Positions 17,802 through 27,447 of a DNA stretch of 64,000 nucleotides are shown one piece after another. The first letter of the stretch is position 1. Each line of letters opens with the position of its first letter. This DNA is from an uncultured Alphaproteobacteria bacterium (GTDB lineage: Bacteria; Pseudomonadota; Alphaproteobacteria; Rhizobiales; Xanthobacteraceae): NCBI GenBank assembly GCA_963756215.1, contig CAVWMY010000003.1:333442-397441 (forward strand). Reading direction: 5' to 3'. A program made the translations under genes and the position numbers. Below the pieces are notes generated by a model, which was given only the letters and a program-made list of their open reading frames with translations, was not told the DNA's origin and made no database searches.

Positions 17802-18197
17802 TCAGCCGAAGCGGCCGCCTCGCTGGATCACCTCGATCTTGTAGCCGTCGGGGTCGGAGACGAAGAAAAAGCGGGCGAGCGTCTTGCCCTCATGCTTGAA
17901 GTCGCGCAACGGGCCCGGCGACAATTTCTCTCGCTCGAAGCGGGAGTGCTCGGAATCGAGATCGTCGACGACGACAGCGAGATGGCCATATCCGTCGCCC
18001 GGAACGTAAGGCTGCGTTTGTGCGAAGTTCACCGTGAGTTCGAGCTCGAACGGCGACGATGGGTTGCGCAGATAAATCAGCGCGAATTCCGGAAACACCA
18101 GACGATCGGCAATCTGCAAATCAAACGCGCGGGCGTAGAAGTCGACCGACCTCGCTTCGTCGAGCACGCGGATCATGGAGTGAACGGGCTTGGCCAT
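17802..18197 (-). CDS. VOC-family protein (glyoxalase I / lactoylglutathione lyase-like)
   Basis: MAKPVHSMIRVLDEARSVDFYARAFDL...GYGHLAVVVDDLD...DPDGYKIEVIQ shows paired beta-alpha-beta-beta-beta modules. Confidence 0.85.
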   Translation of the reverse strand: MAKPVHSMIRVLDEARSVDFYARAFDLQIADRLVFPEFALIYLRNPSSPFELELTVNFAQTQPYVPGDGYGHLAVVVDDLDSEHSRFEREKLSPGPLRDFKHEGKTLARFFFVSDPDGYKIEVIQRGGRFG

Positions 18198-18602
18198 TCA
18201 GTTTAATCCCTTGAGATAGGTGATGATGGCGGCGCGTGTTTCACCCTTGGTCTGGCGATAGGCCATGATGCTGCCGGGAACGAGGTCTTGCGGATTGCTC
18301 AGCCACGCATCGAGCTTCTCCTCGTCCCAGGTGAAGTCGGCCTGGGCGAGACCCGACGAGTAGCGGAATCCCTCGAATTTGCCGGCTTGCCGGCCGATGA
18401 TCTGGACCAGCGGCGGTCCCTGTCGGGGAGCGTCGGAGAGCGATGTCGTATGACATGTGGCGCATTGCTGTTTGAACAGCGCCGTCCCATCGGGCGACGA
18501 CTTTGCCGCCGGCAGGGGCATTTGAGCCGACGCTATGTCGAGCGCCGATATTGCGCTGCAAACTCCCAGCCCCATGGCGAGCATCACATGGCGTTTTCTC
18601 AT
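18198..18602 (-). CDS. Mono-haem class I cytochrome c (periplasmic)
   Basis: It has a Sec signal (MRKRHVMLAMGLGVCSAISALDIASA), a CATCH haem motif and a distal Met in PGSIMAY. Its TGA directly abuts the VOC ATG. Confidence 0.85.
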   Translation of the reverse strand: MRKRHVMLAMGLGVCSAISALDIASAQMPLPAAKSSPDGTALFKQQCATCHTTSLSDAPRQGPPLVQIIGRQAGKFEGFRYSSGLAQADFTWDEEKLDAWLSNPQDLVPGSIMAYRQTKGETRAAIITYLKGLN

Positions 18603-18709
18603 GGATGTTTCCGTTGCCGTGAAGCGAGCGTAAGTCGCCGTGAACGGGCGGTGGTAGTAGCGGGCTGTTTTATGATGGAAGGTGGCGCGCGCTTCGGGGC
18701 GAATCCGAC

Positions 18710-19129
18710 CTAATCGTCGTAACCACCCGAACCGCGCCGGGCCTTGACGTCGCCGCGGCGCTTCTTGCCGTCGAGCCGGCGTTGTTTCGAGCCGAGCGTG
18801 GGTCGCGTGGCACGGCGCGGCGTCGGCCGCACCATGGCCTCACGCAACAGCTCGAGCAGACGGTCGATCGCATCGGCGCGGTTGCGGTCCTGGGTGCGGA
18901 ACCGCTGCGCGTGGATCACGATCACGCCGTCCTTGGTCATACGCTGGCCCGCGAGCCGGCTGAGCCGCGCCGCGACGTCGTCCGCCAGCGTGATCTTGCG
19001 GGTATCGAAGCGCAATTGGGCGGCAGTCGAAAGTTTGTTGACGTTCTGACCGCCGGGACCCGACGCACGCACGAAGCTGATCTCGATGTCGTTTTCGTCG
19101 ACCGCAAGATCGCGGGAAATCCGCAGCAT
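18710..19129 (-). CDS. arfB: Alternative ribosome-rescue factor ArfB (peptidyl-tRNA hydrolase, GGQ)
   Basis: It has SGPGGQNVNK and a basic C-terminal tail (KQRRLDGKKRRGDVKARR), and is 139 aa. Confidence 0.9.
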   Translation of the reverse strand: MLRISRDLAVDENDIEISFVRASGPGGQNVNKLSTAAQLRFDTRKITLADDVAARLSRLAGQRMTKDGVIVIHAQRFRTQDRNRADAIDRLLELLREAMVRPTPRRATRPTLGSKQRRLDGKKRRGDVKARRGSGGYDD

Positions 19130-19221
19130 GGCGTCACCGGGAGGCAGGGATGATCCCTGGCAGGAATCGGATGCGAGCAGGATAGCGGTTTTGGACGGAG
19201 TTGGCTTCGGCGCGGTGTGGT

Positions 19222-19348
19222 TGGTTACTCCCTCCCCCTTGCGGGGTCCGAGACGAGCAGAACTCGCTCTCGAGGCTGGGGAGGGGGTAACTCCAAGTGC
19301 CGGTCTCGCGGTACCCCCTTGGCCAACTCTCCCCGAGGGGGGAGAGAG
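19222..19348. repeat. G/C-tract palindromic REP-like element
   Basis: ttactccctcccc (19225-19237) pairs with ggggagggggtaa (19279-19291). A second hairpin is ctctcccc-gagg-ggggagag (19327-19346). Confidence 0.55.
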
Positions 19349-19417
19349 CAGGCCGCGCCGGGCGGCATTTTGCTGAACGCGTCGTTTCTGTTAACGCGTC
19401 GGCTCCGAGCTAGAGAC

Positions 19418-20794
19418 TCAGTTCGCCGTGGGCGGAGGCGTCCCGGCCGCCGGCTGCGCGGCGGCTTGCGGGGCGCGGCCGACGATCACGGTGAGAAGGC
19501 CTTGTCCCCACAGGCGTTTGGCGACCCGCCTGGCGTCCTCGAGGGTAACGGCGTCGACCATCGCGTTGCGCTTCTCGATGTAGTCGATCGGAAGCCCGTC
19601 GAGCTGAAACTGCAGCATTCCCGAGGCGAGTTTGGACGAGGTGTCCAACGCCAGCATCTGCGAGCCCTTGAGATAGGACTTGGCCTCGTCCAGTTCCTGT
19701 TGGGTCGGGCCGTCCTCGCCCATGTGCTGGACTTCCCTGGTGATCGCATCGACGGTCTCGCCGGCGCGGTCGGCGCGCGTTCCGGTGTTCCCGATGAACA
19801 GCGCCGAATGCTTCATCCACAGCAGCGCCTGATAAACCGAATAGGCCAGGCCGCGCTTTTCGCGGACCTCGTGGTAGAGCCGCGACGACAACGATCCGCC
19901 GCCGAGAATATGGTTGACGACGTAGGCGGCCATGAAGTCGGGATCGTGGCGCTGGATGCCCGGACCGCCGAACGTCACCACCGTCTGCGGCACGTCGAGC
20001 GGAATAAACTCGCGCCGCGGCGGCTTGGCGGCCTGGACGTCGGGAACCGGCGTCAGATTGGCCTTGGCCGGCAGGCCGCCGAAGGCGCGGTCAAGCAGTT
20101 TGCCGAGCGTATCGGCGTCGACGTCGCCGACAACGGCGACTTTCAACGTGTCCTTGGCCAGCACGCGGCTGACGTAGTCCTTGAGGTCGGCGACATCGAT
20201 TTTCGGCACGCTTTCCAGCGTGCCCTCGGCCGGCCGGCCATAAGGATGGTCACCAAAGGCCAATTGCAGGAACTTGCGGCCGGCAAGCGCCGTCGGACTG
20301 GTCGTCTCGCTCTGCAGGTTGGAAAGCACCTGCGAGCGGATGCGCTCGACGTCGGCGCTGTCGAAATGCGGCGAGGTCAGCGACATCCGCAGCAGGTCGA
20401 AGGCCTCGTCCTTGGTATCCTTGAGCATGCGCAGCGAGCCGCGAAAATAATCCCGTGTCGAACTGAAGCTGAGGTCGATGGCGCGGCGCTCCAGCCGTTC
20501 GTGGAAGGTCTTGGAATCCAGATCGCCGGAGCCTTCATCGAGCAGGTCGGCGACGAGATTGCCGACCCCGGCCTTGCCGGCCGGGTCCTGGCTCGCGCCG
20601 CCTTCGAAGGCGTACTCCATCGCGATCAACGGCACGGTGGCGTCCTGCACAAACCAGGCTTCAATCCCGCCGGGCGAAACCAGGTGCTGGATCTTGGCCG
20701 CCGCGTGCGATGGCGTGGACACCAGCGGCACCATGGCGAAGCAGAGGGCGATGACCAGCGCGACGTGTCGCGCGCAACCTTTCAAACAAGTCAC
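19418..20794 (-). CDS. M16-family peptidase, non-catalytic partner subunit
   Basis: It has the pitrilysin fold without HxxEH and a signal peptide (LKGCARHVALVIALCFAMVPLVSTPSHA). The GTG at 20794 overlaps the upstream stop (GTGA). Confidence 0.85.
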   Translation of the reverse strand: MTCLKGCARHVALVIALCFAMVPLVSTPSHAAAKIQHLVSPGGIEAWFVQDATVPLIAMEYAFEGGASQDPAGKAGVGNLVADLLDEGSGDLDSKTFHERLERRAIDLSFSSTRDYFRGSLRMLKDTKDEAFDLLRMSLTSPHFDSADVERIRSQVLSNLQSETTSPTALAGRKFLQLAFGDHPYGRPAEGTLESVPKIDVADLKDYVSRVLAKDTLKVAVVGDVDADTLGKLLDRAFGGLPAKANLTPVPDVQAAKPPRREFIPLDVPQTVVTFGGPGIQRHDPDFMAAYVVNHILGGGSLSSRLYHEVREKRGLAYSVYQALLWMKHSALFIGNTGTRADRAGETVDAITREVQHMGEDGPTQQELDEAKSYLKGSQMLALDTSSKLASGMLQFQLDGLPIDYIEKRNAMVDAVTLEDARRVAKRLWGQGLLTVIVGRAPQAAAQPAAGTPPPTAN

Positions 20795-22185
20795 GAGCGT
20801 TTCTCCTCGCGTTTCGCGGCGGTGGTGTCCTTGATCAGGTAGCCGGTCACCGAGCGTTTCTTGTCCAGCCAATTTTGCGCGGCGGCGCGGACCTGTTCGG
20901 CGGTGACGGCGCGAATTCGGTCCGGCCAGCTTCGGATATCCTCGATGCTCAATCCGGTGGTGAGTGCGGCGCCGTACCAGCGCGCCAGCGTAGCCTGGTT
21001 GTCCTGCGCGTAGATCGCCTCGGCGATGAGCTGGGTCTTGACGCGTTCGAGATCTTCGGCGGCAACCGTGTTCTGGGCAACCTTGGCGATCACCTCATCG
21101 ATCGCTTGCTCGACCTGTGCGAACCCGACCCCCGGCTTCGGCGAGGCCGAAATCGTGAACTGGGTGGGATCGAGCGCGGTGCCCTGATATCCGGCGCCCG
21201 CATTCACGGCGAGCGGCTTGTCGACGACCAGCGCGCGGTAGAGATAGGAGTTGCTGCCGCCGCCGAGCAGCTGCGCCAGCACGTCGAGCGCGGCGCTTTC
21301 GCCGGCAGCCGCGGTGGTAGCGGACGGAACCAGATAATAGCGCGACAGCTTCGGCTGCTCGACGCGGGGATCGGAGAACGTCACCGTGCGCGGCGCGATC
21401 GGCGTCGGTTCCTGCGGGCGAAGCCGTCGTGGCGCGATCGACGGCTGGGCCGGGACCGCGCCGAATGTTCGCTCCGCCATCGGGCGGACCTCGTCGGCAT
21501 TGACGTCGCCGGCGATCACCAGCGTGGCGTTGTTCGGCGCGTAGAATCGCTTGTAGAACGCCAGCGCATCCTCACGGTCGAGCTTCTCGATTTCCTGGTG
21601 CCATCCGATCACCGGACGGCCATAGGGATGGTTGAGATACAGCGCCGCCATGATCTGTTCGGTCAGCCGCGCTTCCGGATTGTTGGCCACGCGCATATTG
21701 TATTCTTCGAGCACGACGTCGCGCTCCGGCAGCACGTTCTCATCCTTGAGCACGAGCCCGGTCATGCGGTCGGCCTCGAATTCCATCATCTTGCCCAACT
21801 GCTCGCGCGGCACGCGCTGGAAATAGCCGGTGTAGTCGGTGGAGGTGAAGGCGTTCTCGTTGCCGCCGATCCGCAGCACGGTCTGGGAGAATTCGCCGGC
21901 GGGGTGCTTGCTGGTGCCCTTGAACATCAGATGTTCGAGGAAGTGCGCGAGGCCCGATTTGCCCGGCGTCTCGTCGGCGGAGCCGACCTTGTACCAGATC
22001 ATCTGGGTCACGACCGGGGTGCGGTGGTCCGGGATCACCACGACCATCATGCCATTGCCGAGAGTGAACGTGGCGGGAGGCTCGGAGGTAACGGTGGTTT
22101 GCGCCAGCGCGGCCGGTATGGAGGAAACGAACGCCAGCGCGAGCGCGGCTATGAGATGAACGGCAAATCGGTGTGAAAACATCAT
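20791..22185 (-). CDS. M16-family zinc peptidase (HxxEH)
   Basis: It has GLAHFLEHLMFKG plus a signal peptide (MMFSHRFAVHLIAALALAFVSSIPAALA). Start is the ATG at 22185. Confidence 0.9.
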   Translation of the reverse strand: MMFSHRFAVHLIAALALAFVSSIPAALAQTTVTSEPPATFTLGNGMMVVVIPDHRTPVVTQMIWYKVGSADETPGKSGLAHFLEHLMFKGTSKHPAGEFSQTVLRIGGNENAFTSTDYTGYFQRVPREQLGKMMEFEADRMTGLVLKDENVLPERDVVLEEYNMRVANNPEARLTEQIMAALYLNHPYGRPVIGWHQEIEKLDREDALAFYKRFYAPNNATLVIAGDVNADEVRPMAERTFGAVPAQPSIAPRRLRPQEPTPIAPRTVTFSDPRVEQPKLSRYYLVPSATTAAAGESAALDVLAQLLGGGSNSYLYRALVVDKPLAVNAGAGYQGTALDPTQFTISASPKPGVGFAQVEQAIDEVIAKVAQNTVAAEDLERVKTQLIAEAIYAQDNQATLARWYGAALTTGLSIEDIRSWPDRIRAVTAEQVRAAAQNWLDKKRSVTGYLIKDTTAAKREEKRS

Positions 22186-22312
22186 GACCCGTCTGGCGGC
22201 CCGAACGAAATTGTTCGAGGTTGAACCGCGGCAGTGTACACCGCGCATCGGCTGCCGGACGTTACGATAGTGTCACGTAGTTGCGTGTCACGAAGTGAAG
22301 CGACTGCGGCGA

Positions 22313-23041
22313 TCAGTCGCCATATTTACCGGCGGCGGGGTTATATTCCTTGTTGAGCGATTCCTTGGGGCCGGTGCCGTAGGCAAAATTCGGTGACGGC
22401 GTCTGGTATCCGGTCGGCGGCTCGGTCAGGGATCCGCGCGTCGGTTCGCCCTTGAACTGGGTGATCTCGGGTTTGCTGCCGCCGAAAAGGCTGCTGAAGC
22501 TGCCGGTAAAGCCGAGCGCGGACGGGCTGAGGATCGCAGTGGCTCCGGGCTCGCCCCCTGGCACCACGTTTTCCCCGCTGCTGCCGGCGGTGCGCGGAGT
22601 GGCCGCGATCTTACCCTTGTCGAGTTCGCTCGGACTAAGGATGCGGGCCGCTTCGACCGGGTCCTTGTTTTCCTTCTTCTTGGCCGCGATCGCTGCCTTG
22701 CGGCGCGCCAGATCCGGATCCTTCGGCCAGTTCGGCACCTTCACCTCGGCCTGGGGAGCCGCCGGAGGCGGCAGGTCGAGCTTGGGAGGAACCACCAGCG
22801 GCGAACGCTCGCGATAATCGATGCCGCGGTTGTCCATGTTGGTACCGCCGATACCGGTCATGATGCCTTCGATGATCTTGTCTTCGAACGACTTGTCTTC
22901 GTCTTCATCGTCCTGGGCCCGCGCCGCCCCGGTCGCCATCACGAGGCCGATACCCAGCACGACGGCGGATAACCGCAGTGCGCGCACGGTCGCACGCGCC
23001 GAATTCTGAACAAACCAACCGCTGACTTCGGTCTCGCGCAT
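22313..23041 (-). CDS. Secreted or anchored Pro/Gly-rich hypothetical protein
   Basis: MRETEVSGWF...ALRLSAVVLGIGLVMATGAARAQ is a signal or anchor sequence. It is followed by an acidic DDEDEDK stretch and a low-complexity P/G/S-rich region. No domain was recognised. Confidence 0.6.
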   Translation of the reverse strand: MRETEVSGWFVQNSARATVRALRLSAVVLGIGLVMATGAARAQDDEDEDKSFEDKIIEGIMTGIGGTNMDNRGIDYRERSPLVVPPKLDLPPPAAPQAEVKVPNWPKDPDLARRKAAIAAKKKENKDPVEAARILSPSELDKGKIAATPRTAGSSGENVVPGGEPGATAILSPSALGFTGSFSSLFGGSKPEITQFKGEPTRGSLTEPPTGYQTPSPNFAYGTGPKESLNKEYNPAAGKYGD

Positions 23042-23141
23042 CGCGCTCTTCCTATTCAAGGTTTATCGCGGGTTGCCGCCGGTGTGGGCGCAGCCGCTCT
23101 TGCAAGCACGGTTCAGCCTCTCGAGCCCGTATCGGCCGGGA

Positions 23142-23639
23142 TCAGGGCGCTTTTGCGGCGGGTACCCCAAGGAAGGAATCATACAATAGGGCCGCTACCC
23201 CGGCAACAATCGCCACGTCGGCAAGGTTAAACACGTACCAATTGAAGGTATTTCCGGCGATCTGGACGTGGAAGAGGGCAAAATCGACCACCGCGCCATA
23301 GGCGAAGCGGTCGATGGCATTACCGATCGCCCCGCCGATGATCATGCCGAGCGCAATAGTGGCAAGCAGGGTGCGCGACCGCGACATCCAGATCGCCAGG
23401 ACGACCACCGCCACCGCCTTGATCACCATCAAAGCGATCTGCGCCGTCGGGCTGTCGTTCTGAAACCAGCCGAAACTGATCCCGACATTCCAGGCCAGCA
23501 CCAGGTCGAGAAACGGCGCCAGCTTCACGGCGCCCCGATGGGCGATGTCGAATCCGAACAGCAGCCACAACTTCGAGGCTTGGTCGAGCACGAGCGTGAC
23601 GACGGCAGCGATGACGCCGTAACGGAGGTGAGGGGTCAA
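23142..23639 (-). CDS. lspA: Lipoprotein signal peptidase II
   Basis: LDQASKLW...NVGISFGWF...[17 protein letters not shown]...FNLADVAI is the LspA signature. A TTG start at 23639 overlaps the ileS stop (TTGA). The rest of track ORF 23142..24557 is out-of-frame overlap with ileS. Confidence 0.9.
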   Translation of the reverse strand: MTPHLRYGVIAAVVTLVLDQASKLWLLFGFDIAHRGAVKLAPFLDLVLAWNVGISFGWFQNDSPTAQIALMVIKAVAVVVLAIWMSRSRTLLATIALGMIIGGAIGNAIDRFAYGAVVDFALFHVQIAGNTFNWYVFNLADVAIVAGVAALLYDSFLGVPAAKAP

Positions 23640-26600
23640 ACCGCCACTCCCAGCGCCTTCCACTCGCGGAGCGCCCGCGCGTCGCGCAGCGAGACATCGG
23701 GATATTCGGGGTCGGCACCGACGTCGGGCAGGATCTTCCAGGATCGGGCGCATTTGGTGCCGACGGCTTTTTCGACCACCACGGCGACGCCCGGCACCTC
23801 GTTCAACCGGAACGCATCGGCCGGCGCCTCGTCGTTGGTCGCCATCGCGTTCGAGGTGATGCAAACTTCCGCGAGATCGACATCGAACAGCGTGTTGAAG
23901 ATCGTCTTGTCGGACACGTAGACCAGCGGCGAGGCCTCCAGCGACGAGCCGATCCGTTTGGCGGCGCGCTCGACTTCCAGCGCACCGGTCACGACACGGC
24001 GGACATCGCGGATGATTTCCCACTTGGCCGCTAGCGCGTCGTCGCGGAGCGCCTCGAGGCCTTCCGGAAACAGCGTCAGGTGCACCGACGGCTCGGCGTC
24101 CGGCCGGTACATCCGCCACGCCTCTTCCGAGGTGAAGGACAGCACCGGCGCCAGCCATTTCAGGATCGCGTCGCAGAGAATATCGATGGTGGTCAGCGCC
24201 GCCTTGCGCGCCAGCGACGACGGCGGATCGCAATACAGCGTGTCCTTGCGGATGTCGAAATAGAACGCCGACAGTTCGGTGTTCATGAACGCAGAAAGGC
24301 TCGCGACCACGGTCTTGTAATCGAACGCGGCGTAGGCCTCGCGCACGACCTTCGCCTGTCCGGCCAATTGGTGCAGCATCAGCCGCTCCAGTTCCGGCAT
24401 CTCGGCATGCGCCACCACATCCTCGCGCTTGAAGTGGTGCAGCGTGCCGAGCATCCAGCGGATGGAGTTGCGCAGCTTTCGATAGGTCTCGATGGTGTTC
24501 TTGAGGATTTCCGGCCCGATGCGCTGGTCGTCGGCGTAGTCGGTAGCGCAGACCCAAAGCCTGAGGATATCGGCGCCCGACTGCGCGATCACCTTTTGCG
24601 GCTCGACGGTGTTGCCGACCGACTTCGACATCTTGCGGCCGTTCTCGTCGAGCGTGAAGCCGTGGGTCAGCACCACGTCGAACGGCGCGCGGCCGCGGGT
24701 GCCGCAGCTTTCCAGCAGTGACGACTGGAACCAGCCGCGATGCTGGTCCGAGCCCTCGAGGTACATCACGGTATCCTGGCCGCCGTCGACCTTGCGCCTG
24801 ATGCCGGCGAGGCCGGGAAAGTGCACGGGATCTTCCAGTACGAAGGCGTGGGTGGAGCCGGAATCAAACCAGACGTCGCAGATGTCGTCGACTTTCTTCC
24901 ATTCCTCGTTGGCGAGCGAACCGAGAAAGCGTTCGCGCGCGCCGTCCATATACCAGGCGTCGGCGCCTTCCTGCTCGAAGGCGTCGGCGATGCGCTTGTT
25001 GACGGCCGCGTCCTGCAGGATTTCGACCGTGCCGTCGCCCTTTTCGCGTACGAATACCGCGATCGGCACGCCCCAGGCGCGCTGGCGCGAGATCACCCAA
25101 TCGGGCTTGCTGTTGACCATACCGTTGATGCGGTTCTGGCCCGACGGCGGCACCCATTGGGTCACCGCGATCGATTTCAGAGCCCGATTTCGCAGAGTGT
25201 CGTCGCCTGACAGCGTCAGGGTATTTATTCCACCATCCCAAACTACTTTGTTTGGAGTGATTGCTTTATCCATCGCGATGAACCATTGCGGCGTATTGCG
25301 AAAGATCACCGGCTTCTTCGAACGCCAGGAGTGCGGATATTGATGCTTGAGCCGGCTTCGCGCCAGCAACATGCCGGCTTCCACCAGCGCCTTGATCACG
25401 GCCTCGTTGGCGTCGCCTTTTTCGCCCTTGTCGTTGATGACCCGCTTGCCGGTAAAACCGGGCGCCTGATCCGTGAGCGCGCCGTTCTCATCGACGGTAT
25501 AGGGGATCACGGTATTGATGCCGCGCGCTTCCAGGTCGCGCGCGTTCGAGGTCCAGACCTCGAAGTCCTCGCGGCCATGGCCGGGCGCGGTGTGCACGAA
25601 GCCGGTGCCGGTGTCGTCGGTGACGTGCTCGCCGGGCAGCAGGGGGACCGTGAACTGATATCCGCCGCCAAACCCCTTCAGCGGATGCGCACACTCCACC
25701 ACATCGAGGGTGTCGGCCGGCACGTCGCGGACCTTCTCGTAGGCGGTGACGCGCGCCTGCTTGAACACGCTCTCCGCAAGCGCGTCGGCCAGCAGCAACA
25801 TGTCACCCGGCTTGGCCCAGTTGTCGGCGGCTGCGTCCGTGACCTTGTAAAGGCCATAGGCGATTTTCGGCGAGAAGCTGATGGCGCGGTTGCCGGGCAG
25901 GGTCCATGGCGTCGTGGTCCAGATCACCACGGACGCCGAAGCCAGCGCACCGTGCACGGGTGACGAGATCGGAAACTTCACCCACACCGTATCCGAGGTG
26001 TAATCCTCGTATTCGACTTCGGCCTCGGCAAGCGCGGTTTTCTCCACCACGCTCCACATCACCGGCTTGGAGCCGCGATAGAGCGTGCCGTTGGCGGCGA
26101 ACTTCATCAGCTCGCGGGCGATCTGGGCTTCGGCGAAATAGTCCATGGTGGCGTAGCGGTGATCCCAGTCGCCGATGACGCCGAGCCGCTTGAACTCCTC
26201 GCGCTGCACGTCGAGCCAATGGTTGGCGTAGGCGCGGCACTCCTTGCGGAACGCCACCATCGCGGTGGAATCCCGAAAGTCCGGCTTTGGCTTGCCCTTG
26301 GACCGATAATTTTCTTCCTCGATCTTCCATTCGATCGGCAGGCCGTGGCAGTCCCAGCCGGGCACGTAATTGGAATCGAAACCGAGCATCTGCTGGCTCT
26401 TGGTGACGACGTCCTTGAGGATTTTGTTCAGTGCATGGCCGATATGGATGTTGCCGTTGGCATAGGGCGGGCCATCGTGCAGTACGAATTTGGTCCGGCC
26501 CGCGGCGGTCTTGCGCAGCCTGGCGTAGAGATCGATCTCGGACCAGCGCTTGAGGATTTCCGGCTCGCGCTGCGGCAGGCCCGCGCGCATCGGAAATTCC

Positions 26601-26665
26601 GTCTGCGGCAGGAATAGGGTTTTCGAATAGTCGGTGGCGTCGGACTTGTGCGGCTTGTCGGACAT
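23636..26665 (-). CDS. ileS: Isoleucine-tRNA ligase
   Basis: It is 1009 aa, with the HIGH motif ([11 protein letters not shown]), KMSKS ([10 protein letters not shown]) and an editing domain. Confidence 0.97.
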   Translation of the reverse strand: MSDKPHKSDATDYSKTLFLPQTEFPMRAGLPQREPEILKRWSEIDLYARLRKTAAGRTKFVLHDGPPYANGNIHIGHALNKILKDVVTKSQQMLGFDSNYVPGWDCHGLPIEWKIEEENYRSKGKPKPDFRDSTAMVAFRKECRAYANHWLDVQREEFKRLGVIGDWDHRYATMDYFAEAQIARELMKFAANGTLYRGSKPVMWSVVEKTALAEAEVEYEDYTSDTVWVKFPISSPVHGALASASVVIWTTTPWTLPGNRAISFSPKIAYGLYKVTDAAADNWAKPGDMLLLADALAESVFKQARVTAYEKVRDVPADTLDVVECAHPLKGFGGGYQFTVPLLPGEHVTDDTGTGFVHTAPGHGREDFEVWTSNARDLEARGINTVIPYTVDENGALTDQAPGFTGKRVINDKGEKGDANEAVIKALVEAGMLLARSRLKHQYPHSWRSKKPVIFRNTPQWFIAMDKAITPNKVVWDGGINTLTLSGDDTLRNRALKSIAVTQWVPPSGQNRINGMVNSKPDWVISRQRAWGVPIAVFVREKGDGTVEILQDAAVNKRIADAFEQEGADAWYMDGARERFLGSLANEEWKKVDDICDVWFDSGSTHAFVLEDPVHFPGLAGIRRKVDGGQDTVMYLEGSDQHRGWFQSSLLESCGTRGRAPFDVVLTHGFTLDENGRKMSKSVGNTVEPQKVIAQSGADILRLWVCATDYADDQRIGPEILKNTIETYRKLRNSIRWMLGTLHHFKREDVVAHAEMPELERLMLHQLAGQAKVVREAYAAFDYKTVVASLSAFMNTELSAFYFDIRKDTLYCDPPSSLARKAALTTIDILCDAILKWLAPVLSFTSEEAWRMYRPDAEPSVHLTLFPEGLEALRDDALAAKWEIIRDVRRVVTGALEVERAAKRIGSSLEASPLVYVSDKTIFNTLFDVDLAEVCITSNAMATNDEAPADAFRLNEVPGVAVVVEKAVGTKCARSWKILPDVGADPEYPDVSLRDARALREWKALGVAV

Positions 26666-26889
26666 GAATGCTCTGGTTTGGCTGGAAGGGCGCTAAAAAC
26701 GCGAGTGATCGCGGATGAACGAAGCAGGTCCCGGCTTCCGTCGAGCTGAGGCTCAGGCAGAAACCGGGCCGCTAATGCTTATGGTGCGCCGCGCAAACAT
26801 GGGCTCTCCATAGCAGCCAGCCGCCGGATCGCAAAGCCCTGCGATACCATCTTGGGCATTCCCGGTGCCAAACGGCCGGCTGCCCGAAC

Positions 26890-27447
26890 TCACGGCTTCC
26901 CGCGAAGCGGCCGGGCCGGATTGCCAGCGACGGTCTGCTCGTTCCCGACGTCCCGCGTCACGACGCTGCCGGCGCCGATCACAGCGCCGTCACCGATCGT
27001 CACGCCGGGCAATATAATGGCGCCGCCGCCGATCCACACGTCAGCGCCGATCCGTACCGGACGTCCGAATTCGAGGCCGCTCCGCCGGGTCGCGGCATCG
27101 CGCGGATGGTCGGCCGCGTAAATCTGCACGGCCGGCCCGATCTGGGTTCGGTCGCCGATAACGACTTCGACGACGTCCAGAATGACGCAGTTGAAATTCA
27201 GGAACACGTCGTCGCCGAGAGCAATGTTGTAGCCGTAGTCGCAAAAAAACGGCGGCCGGATCACGGCGCCGCTGCCGACACGGCCGAAACGTTCGGACAA
27301 TAATTTGTGCCGTTCCGATACCGGCAGCGCCAGCGCCGCGTTGTAACGTACCAGCCATTGCTTGGTTGCCGCCTGATCGGCGCCAAGCTCGGCATCGGGG
27401 CGGTATGGTTCGCCCGCCAGCATCTTTTGTTTTTCGGTCTTGCTCAA
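26890..27447 (-). CDS. Sugar O-acetyltransferase (maltose/galactoside acetyltransferase family, hexapeptide repeats)
   Basis: A Mac-type N-terminus (EKQKMLAGEPYRPD) is followed by left-handed beta-helix repeats (IGADVWIGGGAIILPGVTIGDGAVIGAGSVV). The proposed TTG at 27447 overlaps the ribF stop (TTGA). The ATG at 27423 is the alternative start. Confidence 0.8.
   Translation of the reverse strand: MSKTEKQKMLAGEPYRPDAELGADQAATKQWLVRYNAALALPVSERHKLLSERFGRVGSGAVIRPPFFCDYGYNIALGDDVFLNFNCVILDVVEVVIGDRTQIGPAVQIYAADHPRDAATRRSGLEFGRPVRIGADVWIGGGAIILPGVTIGDGAVIGAGSVVTRDVGNEQTVAGNPARPLRGKP

Noticed and set aside
23640-24557. The N-terminal 300 aa of track ORF 23142..24557 as part of lspA or a fusion protein.
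   Set aside because: This part lies entirely inside ileS in another frame and is Arg/Gly-rich. LspA homology begins exactly at the TTG overlapping the ileS stop.
25195-25275. A low-GC patch inside ileS (cagggtatttattccaccatcccaaactactttgtttggagtgattgc) as a possible insertion or mobile remnant.
   Set aside because: It is in frame and encodes a short surface-loop-like segment ([22 protein letters not shown]) in a region that I recall as variable among IleS proteins. There are no repeats or disruption, so it is probably a lineage-specific loop.
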